NCBI GenBank assembly: GCA_964483625.1
Contig: CAZABB010000006.1
Coordinates: 2,129-66,128 of the forward strand
From: an uncultured Planctomycetia bacterium
Lineage (GTDB): Bacteria; Omnitrophota; Gorgyraeia; Duberdicusellales; 4484-171
Direction: 5' to 3'
DNA: 64,000 nt
The notes under the pieces are model-generated. The model was not told where the DNA came from. It ran no database searches and saw only the letters and a program-made list of their open reading frames with translations. The stretch's first letter is position 1. Each line of letters begins with the position of its first letter. The position numbers and the translations under genes are program-made. Below, one piece after another: positions 58,537 through 64,000 of the stretch.

Positions 58537-58663
58537 AGCATATCCTCCTTTTATGGACTACCCTGTTTGCATCCCCTACTATACCGCATTATCCCTTTGG
58601 CTTCAACGCTTTTGATCATATTGACTTATCGGGGAGTTCTTCTACAATAAAAAATAAAAGCCT

Positions 58664-59539
58664 ATGCGGCTCATTACCCCCTTCGATCCCTGGCGCAACG
58701 AATTCTGCAGCTGTCCTCCCAAATACAGCCTCTCACCCTACACCGGCTGCGAGCACGGCTGTCTCTATTGTTACGCCTCATCCTACATTGTCCGTTTCGG
58801 CCGGGTACGATCCAAAAAAGATTGCATCTCCCGCCTGAAGAAAGAAATACAAAAGATACCGCCCGGGACTACCCTCACCGCGGCCAACTCATCCGATCCT
58901 TATCCTGTTCAGGAAAAAGAATCCGGACTTACCCGGCAGATGCTTGAGGTACTCCTGCGGCATGATATCGGATTGTTACTTGTTACCAAATCTTCGCTGG
59001 TCGAACGCGATCTGGATGTTCTCAAAAAATTTCGGCGGCTGGTTGTCGCCATCACGATCACCACCGCCGATTGCGAGATTGCCGGGAAACTCGAACCCAA
59101 CGCTCCCTCTCCCGAACAACGCCTTCATACGATAGCACGCCTCTCGCCTCACATACCGGTCATCTACCGGCTTGATCCGCTGATCTTCCCGCTCAATACA
59201 CCGGAGGTCCCGGTTCTCATAGACCGGATACGATCCGCTGGCGCCCGGCAGATTATCACCTCGACGTACAAAACAAAACCGGATAATTTCAAACGGATGT
59301 GTGCCGTCTTCAGGCGGCATAAAGAGCTCTGGGAAGACCTCTATATGAACAGGGGTGAGACGTTCGGGAACTACCGCTATCTGCCGCAAAATTTACGGAA
59401 AAAACTCATCCTGAACGTAAAAAAAGAGGCGGAAAGAGCCGGCCTTCGCTTTTCCTCCTGCCGCGAGGGATTCTCTCCTTACAATACCGCCTCATGTGAC
59501 GGCTCGCATTTTTTACAAAATGACACAGATGACCGCTGA
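58664..59539 (+). CDS. Radical SAM protein (SPL/Rv2578c-like)
   Basis: PYTGCEHGCLYCYA, SDPYP, TKS, LEPNAP; TTGACT-16-TACAAT promoter upstream. Confidence 0.88.
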   Translation: MRLITPFDPWRNEFCSCPPKYSLSPYTGCEHGCLYCYASSYIVRFGRVRSKKDCISRLKKEIQKIPPGTTLTAANSSDPYPVQEKESGLTRQMLEVLLRHDIGLLLVTKSSLVERDLDVLKKFRRLVVAITITTADCEIAGKLEPNAPSPEQRLHTIARLSPHIPVIYRLDPLIFPLNTPEVPVLIDRIRSAGARQIITSTYKTKPDNFKRMCAVFRRHKELWEDLYMNRGETFGNYRYLPQNLRKKLILNVKKEAERAGLRFSSCREGFSPYNTASCDGSHFLQNDTDDR

Positions 59540-59666
59540 TTGGGAAACCGCAGATGAACACAGATATCTTCTCTGCGATCATCCGTGTTTCTTTTTATCT
59601 GTCCCGTCACCGCAATTTTGATGCAGGCGGGATCCCGCTCATACGGAATATTGAGGTGCGGGACGA

Positions 59667-59843
59667 TCATTTCCCTGCTTTCCGAAGGAAAAACATCATC
59701 GGGCACCAGTTGGTAAACGCCGATTGAAAAAGATTCAGGCCCACAAAGGCGGTAAAGAGATACCAGCGGGGATCGACCCAGTATCCCAGTGCCAAAGACC
59801 CCAGGATGAAAAACCCGGCAATTCCCCGTAATGTCCGTTCCAT
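59667..59843 (-). CDS. DUF2892 (YgaP-like) small membrane protein
   Basis: Hand translation MERTLRGIAG...FVGLNLFQSAFTNWCPM; AAGGAGG RBS. Confidence 0.8.
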   Translation of the reverse strand: MERTLRGIAGFFILGSLALGYWVDPRWYLFTAFVGLNLFQSAFTNWCPMMFFLRKAGK

Positions 59844-59966
59844 ACTACTCTCCTCCTTATTAAAGTCACAAGGTCACATAGTCACAGGTCACACGTAAAA
59901 ACCGAAAACAGATATGTGCTTCTTAGGATCTGAAACGTGTGACTATGTGCCGTGTGACGTGTGACC

Positions 59967-61337
59967 TTAAAAAATATATCTCGCCCGGGTATATACGTTC
60001 GTATTGCCTTCCATCTGGCCGAACTCGGTATAATCATCCTCACCGAAGAAGTAGTTGCCGCCGACGGTAAGCGTAAACCGGTCACCGAACTTCCGCGACA
60101 GGCTCATCCGGAAATACCCGTCTAAATCCGACGGGCTGAAATACACGAAATTATCCCAGGTAATCGTCTGGTTCCGGAACTGTTTTACGAGCGAAACCGT
60201 CAGAAGATGCCGGAACTCATCCTGTCTGAGATCCCCGGCAAGAAGATTCCTGCGGTAATCGTGGTAGGCGAGGATCCGTTCGCAGAAATACTGAAACCCC
60301 AGCGACAGGTCTCCGGCAAAATCACGGGAATATCCCGTCATCGCTTTAACCGAAGAATTCGGGATCAGCCGGTTGGTCCCCCCTTCATCGTCACGGGAAT
60401 CGTAATATCCCATCTCGATATTGCCGATCCCGTTTAGAACCGGGGCACGCAGACTTCCCCCGTAGACATTGAGCCGGGGATAGTAATACTCGGCATTGGC
60501 CGGATTCTTATACCCGAGGGGGCTTAAATAAAATCCCCGGTATCCATACACGGCCCATTCCAGAGAACCTTCCTGATGATAGAGCCGGACTGCGTACTGG
60601 ATGTTCTCGGCCTGGTGCGGCGGTTCTCGCCGGAAAAACTCGGAATCCCGCCCCGAATACTGCCGGCGTAAAACATCATAGAAGGATATCCGGTCTCCCG
60701 AAGGCATAACGTTCGGCTCAAAATAAGGGATCATCACCATATCCAGCCAGAATTTCTCTCCGAAATACGACGTTTTGACCGCCCAGGAAGGACTTTTAAG
60801 ATATTCGGTATCCCGGCCGGTAAAAAAAGAAACGTAATCTTTGGGAAATATATCGTTGATAAACAGGTAATCCCCGGTCCCCCACGTCAGTATCTGACGG
60901 CCGATTTTCACATCCCAGGCATCGAGGGGAGAAACGGTCAGGTTCACCTCCCGCAGGTCGAAATCGGTCTTACCCGAATAGTACCCATCGACGGTGAAAT
61001 CGCCTTTGAAGTTAAATACCGCGTTATAATCGTAGAGAATATCCGGTTTCTCCGGAAACGACCTCAGCTTCAACTGAAACCTGTTCTCCAGGACATTATA
61101 GTCGGGACGCTTGGTGTAATCGTCCCCGTGACGGTATCCGAACATTACCTCCTCGAACCCGTGGAAATTCTTTGCGATGCCCTTTAGCGAGCCAAGCATA
61201 TCCGCATATCCCGAAACCCCGACCATCATGACCGCCAGTCCCGCGAGAAGCCCCCTAAACCTCCACTTCCTACTTCTTCTGTATTTTTTCACGTGTGACC
61301 TTGTGTCGTGTGACGTGTGACTTTTCATTTGATCCAT
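59967..61337 (-). CDS. Outer-membrane beta-barrel (DUF1302-like)
   Basis: Signal peptide, KIGRQILTWG, terminal RYIF. Confidence 0.7.
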   Translation of the reverse strand: MDQMKSHTSHDTRSHVKKYRRSRKWRFRGLLAGLAVMMVGVSGYADMLGSLKGIAKNFHGFEEVMFGYRHGDDYTKRPDYNVLENRFQLKLRSFPEKPDILYDYNAVFNFKGDFTVDGYYSGKTDFDLREVNLTVSPLDAWDVKIGRQILTWGTGDYLFINDIFPKDYVSFFTGRDTEYLKSPSWAVKTSYFGEKFWLDMVMIPYFEPNVMPSGDRISFYDVLRRQYSGRDSEFFRREPPHQAENIQYAVRLYHQEGSLEWAVYGYRGFYLSPLGYKNPANAEYYYPRLNVYGGSLRAPVLNGIGNIEMGYYDSRDDEGGTNRLIPNSSVKAMTGYSRDFAGDLSLGFQYFCERILAYHDYRRNLLAGDLRQDEFRHLLTVSLVKQFRNQTITWDNFVYFSPSDLDGYFRMSLSRKFGDRFTLTVGGNYFFGEDDYTEFGQMEGNTNVYTRARYIF

Positions 61338-62155
61338 TCGCGCGGCGGCCGTCTGAGGTACCGTTCGGTAAAAATATCCTCGGCGATACCCAATTCGTAT
61401 TCGACTTCCTGAAATTCCATCACCGTGTGCGCTCCGGTCTCTGCGTCACGCATAACGCCTTTGGTGATGGTAGGCGTATCCTGGATAGTCTCGATTTCGA
61501 GCGCTTCAAAGACTTTATACAATTCATCGCGCTTATTATAATGCTCGACTTTCAGCGGCAGAACATATTCCTTGTCGACCCAGATAACCCGGTAGGAAAA
61601 TTCAACACCCGCGGTATCCTTCGGTACGGCCTTGATCTTCAACGCCTTGCGTTTATCTAAAAGACCTTCGCTTTCCAATACCATCTCTCCCATATACTCA
61701 TAGGTATCATCATCGAGATGGCGGCCGGAGACGTCTTCATAGGTAAAATCACTCCCGACAAACGAAGAACGCTTATCGTTCGCCGAAATCCGGCGCACCA
61801 GATCGATCGCAGGAAGATACAGCCACCGGTCATCGTCACGGTCGATATGCTTATTCACCAGAAATACCACACCCCGCACATCGGAGGGTTCGTAGAAATA
61901 GACATAATAAAACTGATCGCGGCTATCCGGCACGTTTTTGCGCAGGATCACAAAATCCCGCGTACGGGTCTGCCCCGTGCGGGAGACGATCTCCATCACC
62001 GCGCGCGAACGTCCGTCGGAGTTGGAATAATAATAATTGGTAAGCATCTCCTCGACCGTCGCCCGCGCATCAATATCGGCCGCGTACGAATTCACCGCAC
62101 ATTGAGTCCCCAGCAGCAGCACCGCCATGATAAAGAAAACGATCATCCCTTTCAT
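61325..62155 (-). CDS. LolA-like outer membrane lipoprotein-sorting protein
   Basis: DDDRWLYLPA...VRRIS...SFVGSDFTYED; FTERYL. Confidence 0.85.
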   Translation of the reverse strand: MKGMIVFFIMAVLLLGTQCAVNSYAADIDARATVEEMLTNYYYSNSDGRSRAVMEIVSRTGQTRTRDFVILRKNVPDSRDQFYYVYFYEPSDVRGVVFLVNKHIDRDDDRWLYLPAIDLVRRISANDKRSSFVGSDFTYEDVSGRHLDDDTYEYMGEMVLESEGLLDKRKALKIKAVPKDTAGVEFSYRVIWVDKEYVLPLKVEHYNKRDELYKVFEALEIETIQDTPTITKGVMRDAETGAHTVMEFQEVEYELGIAEDIFTERYLRRPPREWIK

Positions 62156-64000
62156 ACTTTCCCTCCCTTTTCTCTGAACCCGGCTTTTCGTAATACTATT
62201 TTCAACAGACAGAACCCGGTAAACGCCGACTGGATCAATCCGATGCATAAAAGAAAGGCGATACTCAAAAACCAGCGGTGGACCAGATGCGCTCCCAGGA
62301 AACTTCCCAGAAGCAGTACACCCAGCGCAAGCTGAAACGCCCGCTCGAGCGACAGAAACCGTAACGGCGATTCAAACCATTTTTTCCCCAGTATCGAAAT
62401 CAGAACCGGGATCAGAATAAGGGTGCTGAGCCCGCTTAAAATGGTAATCGCCGACATAAACACCCCCACGGTCTTATAGGGCACAAGCGATGAAAGCATA
62501 AGCGGCAGAAAAGCGATACCGACAATGATCACAACCCGGGTAATGGCGCGGGCCGGTTCGGCAAATACATGCATCAGCGCCTGATTAAGATCGCGATCTT
62601 CGCGGTATTTCGTCCGGCACTGTTCAATAAAATGGATGGCAAAGTCGACCGAGAGCCCCAGGGTCAACGCCGAAAGGACCGCGACCGGCATATCGTAATC
62701 TTTCCCGATCAGGCCGATAAACCCGTAGATGCCCAGCACGGCGATCGTCATCGGGATCATTCCCAGAAACCCCAGCCGCAATGACCGGAACATAAGGCTG
62801 ATCAGCACAAAGACCACGATAAAACTTCCCATAAACGAATGGAACATTCCCTTAACCATCTTTTCCTGCCAGACCACATTAACATAAGTCAACCCCGCCC
62901 AGTTGTAGATGACGTTACCGGGAAGCGGGTGTTCATCGATATAGGAATCGACCCGTTCGATAACCGAAGTCATATCCACGTTATCGCCGCTTTTGAGCTG
63001 CAGCCAGATATTGGTCCGTTTATAGTCATAATCGATAAACTTAAACAGATCGTCGGGAGAACCCGAATTCTGGTATAAAAACAGGTATTGATTCGCCGCC
63101 TGGCGGGAGGCCGGCGGAGCAAAATACTGCGGATCTTCATCCCTGAGTTCATAAGAGATCTTTTTTACGATGTCGACGACCGATGAGGTTTTGCCCACCA
63201 CGGGAATATCGGCCAGATACCTCTGGAGATCGTCAATATAGGTAAGCATCTCGGGCTCGATCATGGCGTTTGTTTCTTCCGACTCAAATACCAGGTACGC
63301 CATATAGGTCCCGCCGAAATACTCATTCAAGATACTGTCGGCAACCCTGATCTTATGCTCGGGGGCAAACCATTTTACCGGATTGTCGTTTACCCGTATC
63401 TGGAATATGCCGAGCACGCTCACAAGCAGTACCAGGAGCGTCAAAACGAGGATCTTGCGGGCATGGCGAAGCGAAAACTCCCCGATCCGCTTTACGATCT
63501 CAGCAAACCGGTCGGTACCTTCCTGATGATGCTCCATCCCGAACTTCTCAAACGCTCTCTCGGGAAGAAGGACGATACAGGCAGGCAGAAGGAACAGGCT
63601 GAATATCCAGGCACAGATCACTCCGAACGCGGTAAAAAGACCGAATACCTGTACCGGAGGGATCGGAGTGGTGGCAAGCGAGGCAAATCCAGCCGATGTC
63701 GTAAGCGAAGTATAGAGAATCGGCGACCAGAGATCTTCCATCACATGCCGCAGGGCTTTCCGCTTATCGTGATGTTTGCGGTAGACATCGTGGAAGGCGC
63801 TTAAAATATGTGTGCCGTCACCGATGGTAATGGGGATAATGAATATGGGAATCATCGAACTCATGATATGGAGAGGAAATCCCAGTCCGATCAATAATCC
63901 CATGCTGTAGAGGATACTGACCAGCGGTACCGCCATCGCGATAAAGCTTAACGACCATTTTCGCAACGAAAGGTAGATCAGGAGGACGACCAGACACATC
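62152..64000 (-). CDS. MMPL/RND-family transporter (5' end off window) with C-terminal DUF2892-like domain
   Basis: TSLTTSAGF, GLSVDFAIH, multiple TMs; tail GLIQSAFTGFCLL. Confidence 0.88.
   Translation of the reverse strand, partial: MCLVVLLIYLSLRKWSLSFIAMAVPLVSILYSMGLLIGLGFPLHIMSSMIPIFIIPITIGDGTHILSAFHDVYRKHHDKRKALRHVMEDLWSPILYTSLTTSAGFASLATTPIPPVQVFGLFTAFGVICAWIFSLFLLPACIVLLPERAFEKFGMEHHQEGTDRFAEIVKRIGEFSLRHARKILVLTLLVLLVSVLGIFQIRVNDNPVKWFAPEHKIRVADSILNEYFGGTYMAYLVFESEETNAMIEPEMLTYIDDLQRYLADIPVVGKTSSVVDIVKKISYELRDEDPQYFAPPASRQAANQYLFLYQNSGSPDDLFKFIDYDYKRTNIWLQLKSGDNVDMTSVIERVDSYIDEHPLPGNVIYNWAGLTYVNVVWQEKMVKGMFHSFMGSFIVVFVLISLMFRSLRLGFLGMIPMTIAVLGIYGFIGLIGKDYDMPVAVLSALTLGLSVDFAIHFIEQCRTKYREDRDLNQALMHVFAEPARAITRVVIIVGIAFLPLMLSSLVPYKTVGVFMSAITILSGLSTLILIPVLISILGKKWFESPLRFLSLERAFQLALGVLLLGSFLGAHLVHRWFLSIAFLLCIGLIQSAFTGFCLLKIVLRKAGFREKGGKV

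Noticed and set aside
1-64000. tRNA/rRNA genes and a specific host taxon
   Set aside because: No RNA gene seen; gene style hints at a PVC/Omnitrophota-like host but this cannot be supported without searches.

Overview
Bacterial chromosomal window (diderm, probably anaerobic). Left flank (1-10.1 kb): a PadR-controlled cluster ending in a type II PKS KS-alpha-like ketosynthase, then accA, an L,D-transpeptidase and small genes. Right flank (44.6-64 kb): uvrD/pcrA, folE, mnmE, folC, purH, a truncated YchF-like gene, an EF-G paralogue, ferritin-like genes, a radical SAM gene and an MMPL/LolA-like/beta-barrel operon. Between them a 33,945-bp element is integrated in comM (split at the MNPCPCGY motif) by a large serine recombinase. 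Main observation: the reconstructed attP lies inside a reading frame. Excision would fuse the recombinase at one end of the element in frame to a double XRE-HTH ORF at the other end (predicted 734 aa) and restore a 512-aa ComM. The cargo is mosaic: a type IIB-like R-M system, an archaeal-looking block (winged-helix proteins, RHH, tyrosine integrase, HerA-like ATPase, TATA-like motifs) with four copies of a ~39-bp palindromic site, a lipoprotein/E2-like/AAA/YdjM/XerC operon, and a McrBC + nuclease + beta-CASP operon. All calls come from motif reading by eye; no database searches were run.
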